60,514 bases of DNA, from assembly GCA_021790305.1 (NCBI GenBank), contig JAJYED010000003.1:1-60514 (forward strand), given 5' to 3'. Source of the stretch: Candidatus Micrarchaeota archaeon. GTDB taxonomy: Archaea > Micrarchaeota > Micrarchaeia > Micrarchaeales > CABMGC01. Position numbers and translations under genes: made by a program. Position 1 is the stretch's first letter, and each line of letters begins with the position of its first letter. The notes below the pieces were generated by a model. The model ran no database searches, was not told the origin of the DNA, and saw nothing but the letters and a program-made list of their open reading frames with translations. Positions 36,737 through 45,679 of the stretch are shown one piece after another.

Positions 36737-37147
36737 TCATATCCTGTCAAGGAATATGTTTAATTCCTTGTCAACCGCGACTATGCCAGGATTCTCCCTT
36801 GGCACATTCTTCAATGAATAGCTCTTGAATTTGCCCAGGAGCACCATAGCCTCTGAATTAAGCTCCTTCAGCTTGCTCTCCTTGACCTTGTAATTGCCGT
36901 TCAACTGGTTCACTATTAGTTTGCTGTCTGAGAACAGCTCTATGTCATTTTCTTCTCCCATTCTGTCTATAACCTTGCGCAGTGCGTTAATCACGGCATT
37001 ATACTCCGCCACATTGTTAGTCGCTATCCCGTTGTATTCCGTATTCTTGTATATCAGCTTTCCATGTGCATCTGAGATCGAGTATCCGGAAGCGCTCTTT
37101 CCCGGATTTCCTCTCGCTGCCCCATCCGTATATATTCTTAAAAACAT
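36737..37147 (-). CDS. rnhA: Ribonuclease HI
   Basis: IYTDGAARGNPGKSASGY, NNVAEYNAVINAL, LFSDSKLIVNQL (DEDD catalytic contexts). Confidence 0.85.
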   Translation of the reverse strand: MFLRIYTDGAARGNPGKSASGYSISDAHGKLIYKNTEYNGIATNNVAEYNAVINALRKVIDRMGEENDIELFSDSKLIVNQLNGNYKVKESKLKELNSEAMVLLGKFKSYSLKNVPRENPGIVAVDKELNIFLDRI

Positions 37148-37217
37148 GAAAACACGTATTGATACTTCACGGCATAATATTAAATATTTATTTTGCTATC
37201 TAATCACAGGTGTTTAA

Positions 37218-37631
37218 ATGGGATTATTTGACCGGTTTGGAAAGAGAAACGTCGCAGATGATTTGGAAAAGCAGCTTCCTTATGCTATGAAAACGGAGTT
37301 TGTGCCGTATAAACTTAGGGCTAATGGCAGGAGTTCGTCATCGCTTTTTGTAAGCGTAAAGAACCTTACCAAGGAGCCGGTAATGAGCTCGGTTATTATA
37401 GAGGTGCCGCAGAAGCTGAATCTTGACGAGATAGGGATGGCAAAGCAGAAAGAGGTAAGGATAGGCATGCTTGCCCCTAACGAGGAAAAACGCGCCACGA
37501 TAGACATATACTCCGGACCTGCAACTGACAAGGGGGATTACACGCTTTCAGTCACTGCATTCGTTCATTACAGAGATTATGGCCATGTGCTCAATTCCAT
37601 GAAGAAGCGCGTCATGATATCAGCGATCTGA
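37218..37631 (+). CDS. Hypothetical protein with SepF-like N-terminal amphipathic peptide (MGLFDRFGKR)
   Basis: ORF with no known catalytic motifs. The body looks beta-rich. Confidence 0.4.
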   Translation: MGLFDRFGKRNVADDLEKQLPYAMKTEFVPYKLRANGRSSSSLFVSVKNLTKEPVMSSVIIEVPQKLNLDEIGMAKQKEVRIGMLAPNEEKRATIDIYSGPATDKGDYTLSVTAFVHYRDYGHVLNSMKKRVMISAI

Positions 37632-37937
37632 TCCGTTCTGCTGTTCCTGCTTCTGTACAGGATTTGAAGCCGATTCCAGCTTTTGCTTAATCACAATTAT
37701 GGCTTTGGCGACCTCCATCCCTTTCTCGGTAAGGAAGACCCTCTTTATCCTTCCGTGCTTCTCGCTCGCCATTATGCCCATGCGCTCGCATCTGTTTACA
37801 AAATTAGAGGTGTGTATATATGTTACGCCTGTTGCCTTTGCAAGATCCGTTATATGCCATTCCTTCTCTTCGATAAGTACGGTTAGCAGCTTTACCTGCT
37901 TCTCTTTGAATAGGAGCATTCCCAACGAATCTTTCAT
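37620..37937 (-). CDS. Small winged-helix transcriptional regulator
   Basis: KLLTVLIEEKEWHITDLAKATGVTYIHTSNFVNRCERMGIMASEKHGRIKRVFLTEKG. Confidence 0.65.
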   Translation of the reverse strand: MKDSLGMLLFKEKQVKLLTVLIEEKEWHITDLAKATGVTYIHTSNFVNRCERMGIMASEKHGRIKRVFLTEKGMEVAKAIIVIKQKLESASNPVQKQEQQNGSDR

Positions 37938-37949
37938 ATCCTCAGCTTT

Positions 37950-38438
37950 TCAAGAACTGGTCACTTTGGCCGCTATTTTTCCGTATATGAGGTTCTGGAA
38001 GCCTGTACGCGTGTCCGTGTAATTGAGCGCTATTGAACCTGTAAATAAGCTGCTGAGCTGGCCGCTGAAAGGGGTATTTCCTTGATAGCAGGTAGTCTTG
38101 AATGTACTGTTCTCACCTGCATTCATCGGCACAGGCGGAGAGTATTTCTGTATGTGTGCGGTAGTCTGGTTTGAGTTGCACCCTACCTGGGTTATATTTA
38201 TCGGGTTTATGTTTGTGTACTCGATATTAAGCACTATGAGACCGTTGCTGTAGAAGTAATCGCTCGTGCATGTGAAACCTGCCGGGAGGGTGCATAATGG
38301 AGAGACATAATTTGAAGGGGTAAAGACATTAAGTTCGTAAAGAGCAACTAGCACTACCCCTATGATCAGAATTGCCCATCCGTAGGTCATCAGGTATTCC
38401 ATAGCGCTCTGGAGCTTATGCGTTCCTGTTTTAAGCAT
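37950..38438 (-). CDS. Archaeal type IV pilin-like protein (class III signal peptide)
   Basis: MLKTGTHKL/QSAMEYLMTYGWAILIIGVVLVALYEL, with Glu at +5 and then a hydrophobic helix. The rest is a small sequon-containing globular domain. Confidence 0.7.
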   Translation of the reverse strand: MLKTGTHKLQSAMEYLMTYGWAILIIGVVLVALYELNVFTPSNYVSPLCTLPAGFTCTSDYFYSNGLIVLNIEYTNINPINITQVGCNSNQTTAHIQKYSPPVPMNAGENSTFKTTCYQGNTPFSGQLSSLFTGSIALNYTDTRTGFQNLIYGKIAAKVTSS

Positions 38439-38509
38439 ACTTTCATTGCTACTTAAAGGATTATAAAGAAGTTACTACATACATGTGAATCGTATTACGG
38501 TAGTTTAAC

Positions 38510-40252
38510 ATGGAGATACTGGGTTATGCGCTTACCGCTGTCTATATGGTTTTGTTTGTAGGGCTCTTGTCAGCGGTAGGAATTTATAGAAAGGATATTT
38601 ACAAGGCACTTAAAGGCAAGGTTACAAAACGTTCACTTATAGCGCTTTTATTCATACTTATCTTCTTCGTGTCATTCCTTCTTATGTTTGTACATCCTGC
38701 AGAGCAGCTGTACTTTGACGAGAACATATACCAGGGCATAGCCTTAAACATACTGAAGCACGGCAACGCGCTATGGTGCCAGTACGGAAGCGCGTATCTT
38801 AACCAGTGCGGAGCGAGTGCGGTGTATCATGACCCTGTAGAATGGTCATTCTACATAGCAATGGCTTTCGGCATATTCGGCATAGGTACTGCGACTGCTT
38901 ATGGTATGCAGCTGCTAATAGGTGCATTGCTTATCGTTTTCACCTTCCTGCTGGGCTCGGTAATGAAGGGAGAAAAGACTGGCATACTGTCTGCGCTTGC
39001 CATGTCGGTGATGCCAGAATTGATAATATGGTCAAGAGCACAGGCGGTTCCTGACCTGGCACTTGCATCTTTTGCAACTCTTGCGTTTTTCTTCTTCATA
39101 GTTTTTATGGAGAATAAGAAGAGCGCTACTTTGCTACCGTTCCTGCTCTCACTGGGCATAGCTGTTTATGCCAGGACGGAGGGTTCCCTTCTGATACCCC
39201 TGTTCATTTTGTTATACTTCATATATGGAGATTCTTCGATAAAAGAGAACTTCAAAAACAATATGAGATGGCTCAGGAACCTGATAAACAATGATGAAGT
39301 GTCCCTTCTTTATATCCTGTTACTTGCAATACTGCTCGTTCCCCAGGCGTATTACATATCGGGTCAGCTTTCCAATCCCCAGTTCGGGCAGGGTAAGAGC
39401 GGCCTTTTCTCACTGACAAGCTTTGAGACAAACGCACCGATAAATGTGAATTATCTGTTTGGAGCTTTTGATACAAAAGGCTACTATCCTGCGGCTTTCC
39501 CTGTAGAGATAACGCTTCTTGCTGCGATAGGTACAGCTGTTGCTATTGCGACGTCTATAAATGATAGGAAGAACATGTCAATTGTGCTTGCGTTGGGGTT
39601 ATGGTTCCTTGCATACTTTTTCTTCTACTCGTTCTTCTATGCAGGAGCAGCAACATACGGAGTCGATTCGAGAATGATGCTTCAGCTGCATCCGCAGCTC
39701 GTCATACTCTCTGCAATAGGGATAGTTGAGATATCCGGTTTGTTGGCAATGGCAGGAAGTAGAGTGGCTAAGAGAAGACGCAACCGTTCGCTTTTGAATA
39801 AGCGCAATTTATTGATTGCGATTCCGTATGCAGCATTCTTCATAGTGATATTTTTCATATTCGCCCAGTTCTTCCCGATTGTCACCATGCCTCCTTCAAG
39901 CGCACCGCAGCAGAGTGTCATACTGCCTGCAAGCAATTTCATAAACAGCAATTACAGTGCAGTTCCGAGCAACTGCCTTGTCTTCAGCTTCACTCCTGAT
40001 ATGTGGTATGAGAATGGAAGATCCGCAGCCCAGATAGGCTATCTGCAGTCCGACAGCAGCAACTTCACCAATTTCACAAAGAGCTACAGGTGTTTTGTAC
40101 TGGATTATGGTTACTGGTGCATCGTTCCGCCTTATGACAATACCACATGCCCCACTTATCTGAAAACGTATAATACAAGCGTCCTTGCAACGAGGAGCAT
40201 AAGCGGAGCGGCAGATAATGTAAGCTTCTATCTTCTGAGAAATTATTCCTGA
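38510..40252 (+). CDS. Polytopic GT-C-fold membrane glycosyltransferase (PMT_2/ArnT-like)
   Basis: More than 10 predicted TM helices. First-loop acidic motif YFDENIYQGIALNILKHGN. No WWDYG, so not STT3/AglB. Confidence 0.55.
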   Translation: MEILGYALTAVYMVLFVGLLSAVGIYRKDIYKALKGKVTKRSLIALLFILIFFVSFLLMFVHPAEQLYFDENIYQGIALNILKHGNALWCQYGSAYLNQCGASAVYHDPVEWSFYIAMAFGIFGIGTATAYGMQLLIGALLIVFTFLLGSVMKGEKTGILSALAMSVMPELIIWSRAQAVPDLALASFATLAFFFFIVFMENKKSATLLPFLLSLGIAVYARTEGSLLIPLFILLYFIYGDSSIKENFKNNMRWLRNLINNDEVSLLYILLLAILLVPQAYYISGQLSNPQFGQGKSGLFSLTSFETNAPINVNYLFGAFDTKGYYPAAFPVEITLLAAIGTAVAIATSINDRKNMSIVLALGLWFLAYFFFYSFFYAGAATYGVDSRMMLQLHPQLVILSAIGIVEISGLLAMAGSRVAKRRRNRSLLNKRNLLIAIPYAAFFIVIFFIFAQFFPIVTMPPSSAPQQSVILPASNFINSNYSAVPSNCLVFSFTPDMWYENGRSAAQIGYLQSDSSNFTNFTKSYRCFVLDYGYWCIVPPYDNTTCPTYLKTYNTSVLATRSISGAADNVSFYLLRNYS

Positions 40253-41073
40253 ACAGCTCTCCTTTTCCTCATAATCCGTTGCCTTAGTATCAGCAGGGCT
40301 ATTATGATGATTATTGCGATTATCGCTGCCTGCACCAGATATCCCTTCAACTGGTTCTGCGCAGAAGAGTATGGAGTAATCTTTATGATGTATACTGAAG
40401 AATAGGTCGTACCTTTTGAGTAGTATTCCAAAGCTACTGCACCTGAATAGGTATTGTTCTGGCTTGGAAGGTTTGAATAGAGCGTAAAGTTGTGATACTG
40501 GTATGGATTGATAGCAAAACTGGATATCCTGCTTCCATTCCTTTCAAGCTCAGGAGGGAGTATGAGGGTGATATTGCCGTTTACGGTATTTGAAGAGAAG
40601 CTGTATATGCTCCCGTTAACCTTTGCGGTTGTCGAGTTTATATCCTGTACCGTTACATTGCTTATGCCCAGGAGCGAGAGATGTGCACCGTGGTTCTGCA
40701 CCACGCATGGGAATACCACCGTAAATAACTGGGTGCCTTGCTGATACGTTACAAGGAAGTAGTAAGCAAAAGAACCAGTGTTGTTTCCTATGCTGGAGTT
40801 TATATCGAAAAGAGCAGCTTTATCAGGGCTTATCTGTGATGTAGAGTACGTACCGGTAAGCTTATCTGAAAACGCATAGTACGATTGCAGGACAACTGAT
40901 GATGCGCTCTCTGTTCCGCTGTTGGCTATAGAGAAATTTATACTGCCGTTTTGGTTAAGATTTGACCGGCACGTTCCGGTAAGTGTGACTGTTCCTGATG
41001 CATATGCAGTGCATACAAGCATGCTGATAAGCAAAATAGGCATGAATCTGTTCATCTCTTCGCCTTGCTGCAT
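40243..41073 (-). CDS. Secreted, C-terminally TM-anchored sequon-rich protein downstream of the pilus ATPase
   Basis: Signal peptide MNRFMPILLISMLVCTAYASG (likely start ATG 41055). C-terminal AAIIAIIIIIALLILRQRIMRKRR. Confidence 0.5.
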   Translation of the reverse strand: MQQGEEMNRFMPILLISMLVCTAYASGTVTLTGTCRSNLNQNGSINFSIANSGTESASSVVLQSYYAFSDKLTGTYSTSQISPDKAALFDINSSIGNNTGSFAYYFLVTYQQGTQLFTVVFPCVVQNHGAHLSLLGISNVTVQDINSTTAKVNGSIYSFSSNTVNGNITLILPPELERNGSRISSFAINPYQYHNFTLYSNLPSQNNTYSGAVALEYYSKGTTYSSVYIIKITPYSSAQNQLKGYLVQAAIIAIIIIIALLILRQRIMRKRRAVQE

Positions 41074-42386
41074 TACTGCAAAACTCCCATGTTGCCAAGA
41101 CCTATCTTTTGCATCGCTCTGCCCGGATTGTCATAGTACTCTTTGCAGAATTCATTTATGCCGCGAAGATCCCTTATTCCAAGTTTGTTGAGAGTTTCCA
41201 GTATCTTTGCCCTCCTGTTCTCCTCTGCTATTATCTCATTGGGGGTAAATCCTGACAGTCTGGCAAGTGTATCCCTGTAGGTTATGCTTGGCAGAATCGC
41301 AGAGCCCTTGTGTGTCCTGTAGTCATACAAGTAAAGATCTGAGAGCAGAACCTTTGTCTCTATTCCAGATACCTCCGATATCTGGGTAACCCTTCTTTCG
41401 AAGCCCTTGTCTCCTGCAATCTGGGATATGACCATCAACGCGTCTATCAGAGTTATCGCACTGCTGCTTATGCTCATCGGGGGCTGCTCCAGCCTGTTGA
41501 CTATATCCCTGGTAGTGCTCGCGTGTATAGTGCCGAAGACTATCTTTCCTATCGTCATTGCAGATATGAGGTCCTTGGCTTCCGCACCTCTCACCTCTCC
41601 TATGATAATCATGTCAGGTCTCATCCTGAGAACGTTCTTCAGAAGATCCTCAAGGGTCAGGTCGAGGTTTGTCTCCAGCCTTACGCAGTTCTCCTGCGTC
41701 TCCGTATTGAGTTCATATGTATCTTCTATCACTACCACTCTTTCCTCAGGCCTGAAGAAGCTGAACATAGCGTTAAGCAGAGTAGTCTTTCCGCTTCCGG
41801 GAGTCCCGCCAAGGAGCAGGTTTGCAGGCCTTACCTTCAATCCCTCCGAGTACAGCCATATCCTTGCTGCCATGTTATAGTTAAGCTCGCCGAAGTTTAT
41901 CAGGTCTATCACGCTGAATGCATGCTTCTTGAAATTTCTTATCGTGACGCTGGCTCCCCTTGGTGATTTTACCACGTTTGCCCTTGAACCGTTCGGCAGG
42001 TGAATGTCGTATATGTGCTTGTTTGCATCATTTGCTGTTGCGTACATGTTTAGCTTCTTTACGAACCTGACGAGCTCCTGCGGTGTCTTTACCTTCTCTT
42101 GCACCTTCATCTCTCCTTCCGAGCCCTTGTTTATGAATATGTTATCGGTGCTGTTTATCATGATGTCTTCTACCTGCTCGTCAAGCAGATAGTTATTGAT
42201 GGGATAGAAATCGTGCGTGTCCTTTGCTATCCTTGTTATTATCTCCTGGTCTGAAGATGGGTTGAAGGTCTTGGCTATTTTCTCTATGGCACTGTAAAGC
42301 GATGCTTCCCCGTATATGTCCGACATCTTGCCTTCAAGCTCCTCGAATATCTTCTCTTCAAAATCGTAGAATTCTTCGTCGTCCAT
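41073..42386 (-). CDS. Type II/IV secretion-system ATPase (archaeal PilB/FlaI/VirB11 family)
   Basis: Walker A LLGGTPGSGKTTLLNA, Asp box VVVIEDTYEL, RMRPDMIIIGEVRGAEA. Confidence 0.85.
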   Translation of the reverse strand: MDDEEFYDFEEKIFEELEGKMSDIYGEASLYSAIEKIAKTFNPSSDQEIITRIAKDTHDFYPINNYLLDEQVEDIMINSTDNIFINKGSEGEMKVQEKVKTPQELVRFVKKLNMYATANDANKHIYDIHLPNGSRANVVKSPRGASVTIRNFKKHAFSVIDLINFGELNYNMAARIWLYSEGLKVRPANLLLGGTPGSGKTTLLNAMFSFFRPEERVVVIEDTYELNTETQENCVRLETNLDLTLEDLLKNVLRMRPDMIIIGEVRGAEAKDLISAMTIGKIVFGTIHASTTRDIVNRLEQPPMSISSSAITLIDALMVISQIAGDKGFERRVTQISEVSGIETKVLLSDLYLYDYRTHKGSAILPSITYRDTLARLSGFTPNEIIAEENRRAKILETLNKLGIRDLRGINEFCKEYYDNPGRAMQKIGLGNMGVLQ

Positions 42387-42525
42387 GCCAACCAGCAGAT
42401 GATGTTTACTGGTAATAATTCAAAGAGTAAGTTTAATAATCTGCATTCGTCCTGGATGCAGATTGGCGTATAATGCGGTAAGTCAATCTTTTTATTGTTT
42501 TAGAGCTAACGATTATTGTAATTGG

Positions 42526-44265
42526 ATGGAGATACTAAGATATGACATTGCAATCCTTGGAAGCGGGATAGGCGGATTTACATCTGCAATACATGCCAGC
42601 CATCACTCCAAAGGCAGGTTGAAAATAGCGGTCATATCCAAGATGCATGCGATGAGGAGCCATTCGGTCTCGGCAGAAGGTGGAATTTCTGGGGTGCTCT
42701 ATCATGGCAAGGGAGATTCCGAGAGCCTTCATGCATATGACACAATAAAAGGATCTGATTATCTGGCAGACCAGGATGCTGTTGAGCTCCTTGTAAGGAA
42801 TGCGCCAAAGGAGATAAAATTCTTCGAACATATAGGCGTGCCCTGGAACAGGGGGGATGACGCTATAATACAGCAGCGTGCCTTCGGCGGGATGAGCATA
42901 CCGAGGACCGTATTTGCTGCCGATAAGACCGGCTTCTTCATGATGCGCGCACTTTACGATTACACTCTGCAGCTGAAGAATGTGGACATATTCCATGAGA
43001 ACTTCGCTACTGCGATACTGATGAATAAAGGGAGAGCAGCAGGCATATTCATGATAGATCTTGCTACCCGGGAGATGAAGCTCATCGAGGCAAAATCCAT
43101 AATAATAGCTACTGGCGGTTTCTCAAAGATATACGGCTTTACAACTACCTCACACTCGACTACAGGAGACGGGATAGCTCTTGCGTACAGGGCAGGCATT
43201 TCATTAAAGGACATGGAGTTCGTGCAGTTCCATCCTACAGGACTTATACCAAGCGGCATACTGATAACAGAAGCAGCACGCGGAGAGGGAGGATATCTTA
43301 GGAACTCTGATGGAAGAAGGTTCATGGAGGATTATGCCAAGAGCCATATGGAACTCGCACCAAGAGACATAATATCAAGGGCGATAATGACAGAGATAGG
43401 AAAGGGGAAAGGAGTGCTGCATTCAGAGTCAGGGCTTGAGCACGTCTGGCTTGATCTCAGGCATCTTGACAAGGCAAAGATAGACGAAAGATTGCCTATG
43501 ATAAAGGATATAACGATAAAGATGCTGGGAATAGACCCTTCAAAGGAGCAGATACCCGTAAGGCCTGTGGCGCACTTCACGATGGGCGGCATAAATACGG
43601 ATATTGATGGACATGCGATGCTTAATGGAAAGAGGCATGCGGATGGCATATGGGCCGTAGGAGAGTGCGGATGCGTCAGCGTGCATGGAGCGAACAGGCT
43701 GGGAAGCAACTCGTTGAGCCAGTGTTCGGTATGGGGCAGGATTGTAGGGATTGAAGCTGCAAAGAACGCGATGTCAGCGCGCAGTAATGATGCAAAGGCT
43801 CTGCATATGCAGGCTGAGGAAGAGGAGATGAGGATAACAGAGCTTCTTGACAGGAAGACAGGAAGCGATCCTTATGAGATAAGGAAGGAGCTCAATCACC
43901 TGATGGATTCACTTGTTTATGTTTACAGAAAGACCAATGAGCTTAAGAAGGCCAGGAAGGGCATAGAGAGACTGAGGAAGGAGTGCGATAGCATAGTGGT
44001 GAATGACAAGTCAAGCGTCTTCAACACAAACCTGCGCGATGCGCTTGAGACAAGCAATCTCGTAGAGCTTGCAGCGGTGGTGGTTGAGGGAGCATTGAAA
44101 AGAAAGGAGAGCAGAGGAGCGCATGCCATGGTAGAGTATCCAAAGAGGGATGATAAAAGATGGCTGAAGCACACGGTAGCTGTGAAAAAAGGCAGCAGAG
44201 GGATAAGCATAAGCTATTCTCCTGTTAAGATTACAAAGTGGCAGCCTGAAGAGAGGAAGTATTGA
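42526..44265 (+). CDS. sdhA: Succinate dehydrogenase / fumarate reductase flavoprotein subunit
   Basis: FAD fold DIAILGSGIGG, covalent-FAD His context MRSHSVSAEGGI, HPTG, GANRLGSNSL. Start taken at ATG 42526. Confidence 0.9.
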   Translation: MEILRYDIAILGSGIGGFTSAIHASHHSKGRLKIAVISKMHAMRSHSVSAEGGISGVLYHGKGDSESLHAYDTIKGSDYLADQDAVELLVRNAPKEIKFFEHIGVPWNRGDDAIIQQRAFGGMSIPRTVFAADKTGFFMMRALYDYTLQLKNVDIFHENFATAILMNKGRAAGIFMIDLATREMKLIEAKSIIIATGGFSKIYGFTTTSHSTTGDGIALAYRAGISLKDMEFVQFHPTGLIPSGILITEAARGEGGYLRNSDGRRFMEDYAKSHMELAPRDIISRAIMTEIGKGKGVLHSESGLEHVWLDLRHLDKAKIDERLPMIKDITIKMLGIDPSKEQIPVRPVAHFTMGGINTDIDGHAMLNGKRHADGIWAVGECGCVSVHGANRLGSNSLSQCSVWGRIVGIEAAKNAMSARSNDAKALHMQAEEEEMRITELLDRKTGSDPYEIRKELNHLMDSLVYVYRKTNELKKARKGIERLRKECDSIVVNDKSSVFNTNLRDALETSNLVELAAVVVEGALKRKESRGAHAMVEYPKRDDKRWLKHTVAVKKGSRGISISYSPVKITKWQPEERKY

Positions 44266-44684
44266 TGGAGATCAAATCTACGTATGATACAAGAGGAAGG
44301 CAGAGGAATGTGCTTAGGCTTGCCCATTTTGACAGAGAGGGCCTCGCACATATAATCTCTTACAGGATACTTGCATTTTTGACGATAATAACAGGCATTG
44401 TTGTGCTTTATGCCATACTTTCTGACAGTAGCATCTGGATGACAGCTGCAAAGATATTGATAGGCATAGTGTGGCTGCTTTTTGGCATCGAACTCTATTC
44501 CGTTTACAAGGCATTCGGCATAATAGCAACGAAGGGCATAGTATTTGGAAGGCTGAACGAGTCCTTCCTTAACTCTGAAGTAAGGGAGAGGCGCTGGTAT
44601 GGACTGATAAGGGCTGCAGGACCCGTATTGATAATAGTGTGGTATGCACTCTTTGCGGTGTTTGCACTGGTGGTAGTTATATGA
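44265..44684 (+). CDS. Three-TM membrane protein between sdhA and sdhB (candidate SDH membrane-anchor subunit)
   Basis: The ATG overlaps the sdhA TGA by 1 nt. Predicted helices IISYRILAFLTIITGIVVLYAIL, AAKILIGIVWLLFGIELYSV, GPVLIIVWYALFAVFALVVVI. No recognisable SdhC/D motif. Confidence 0.5.
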   Translation: MEIKSTYDTRGRQRNVLRLAHFDREGLAHIISYRILAFLTIITGIVVLYAILSDSSIWMTAAKILIGIVWLLFGIELYSVYKAFGIIATKGIVFGRLNESFLNSEVRERRWYGLIRAAGPVLIIVWYALFAVFALVVVI

Positions 44685-45679
44685 GCAGGGATTCAAGAGT
44701 CATGGTCTTCCTTTATGCAGGCATGCTACTAGTGCCGCTCTTCCTCTTCTTATACTTGATGACTGCTATTGCGCATCTGCCTTACGGGACATTGATGCTT
44801 GGATTGGCAGCAGTATGGATGATAATCTTCGGCATAGTAGGCGCTGTAGAGATATATGCTCACGGGAGGGAGCCTGAAGAGAGGATGCCGTTGGTTGAAG
44901 GGCAGAAAGTGGATAAAGGGCTCGATTCCGAGAGAGGAAACAGGCCGAGGGGAGCGGAGCAGGTTAATGTAAAGATAAAACGTTTCAATCCTGAGACGAA
45001 GAGATTTGATGAATACCATTACAAGGTTTATGAGGACAAGCTCGCCACGGTTCTTGATACGTTGCTGAAGATAAAGAGCAGGCATGATAACACGCTTTCG
45101 ATGAGATACAGCTGCAGGATGGGCATATGCGGCTCATGCGGAATGGTTGCAAACGGCAAACCGATACTTGCATGCGAGACCAATCTTCTCTCGCAGCTTG
45201 ATGAGGATAAGAACATAACCGTAGAGCCTATGCGCGGACACCCTATCCTCAAGGATCTTGTAACGGACTTTGACCAGTTCTTTGAGAAGCATGCGAGCGT
45301 CGAACCGCACTTATACAGGAATGACAAAGAGGAGCAGTACGCCGCACAGAATGCTTACAAACAGACTAAGAAGCAGGTAAACGAATTCCTTCCTTACTCA
45401 TACTGCATAATGTGCGGACTTTGCATGGATGCATGCCCTGTTGTTAATTCGAATACGGAATTCGTAGGGCCGCAGGCTCTCTCCCAGGTATACAGGTATT
45501 ACAAGGATTCCAGGGATCAGAACGGCAAACGCAGGCTCCTCGATGCTGATAATCTTCACGGAGCATGGGGCTGCGAGTTTTCAGGGTCATGCTCCAAAGC
45601 GTGCCCTAAGGGAGTCGATCCTGCATCAGCGATACAACTGCTCAAGGCTTCTATTATATCGGATTTTGGTGAAAAGTAA
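44681..45679 (+). CDS. sdhB: Succinate dehydrogenase iron-sulfur subunit with in-frame N-terminal 2-TM extension
   Basis: Cluster ligand motifs CRMGICGSCGMVANGKPILAC, CIMCGLCMDACP and CEFSGSCSKACP. N-terminal about 68 aa are hydrophobic (VMVFLYAGMLLVPLFLFLYLMTAIAHL, LMLGLAAVWMIIFGIVGAVEIYAH). ATGA overlap with the upstream ORF. An alternative internal ATG lies at 44885. Confidence 0.8.
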   Translation: MSRDSRVMVFLYAGMLLVPLFLFLYLMTAIAHLPYGTLMLGLAAVWMIIFGIVGAVEIYAHGREPEERMPLVEGQKVDKGLDSERGNRPRGAEQVNVKIKRFNPETKRFDEYHYKVYEDKLATVLDTLLKIKSRHDNTLSMRYSCRMGICGSCGMVANGKPILACETNLLSQLDEDKNITVEPMRGHPILKDLVTDFDQFFEKHASVEPHLYRNDKEEQYAAQNAYKQTKKQVNEFLPYSYCIMCGLCMDACPVVNSNTEFVGPQALSQVYRYYKDSRDQNGKRRLLDADNLHGAWGCEFSGSCSKACPKGVDPASAIQLLKASIISDFGEK

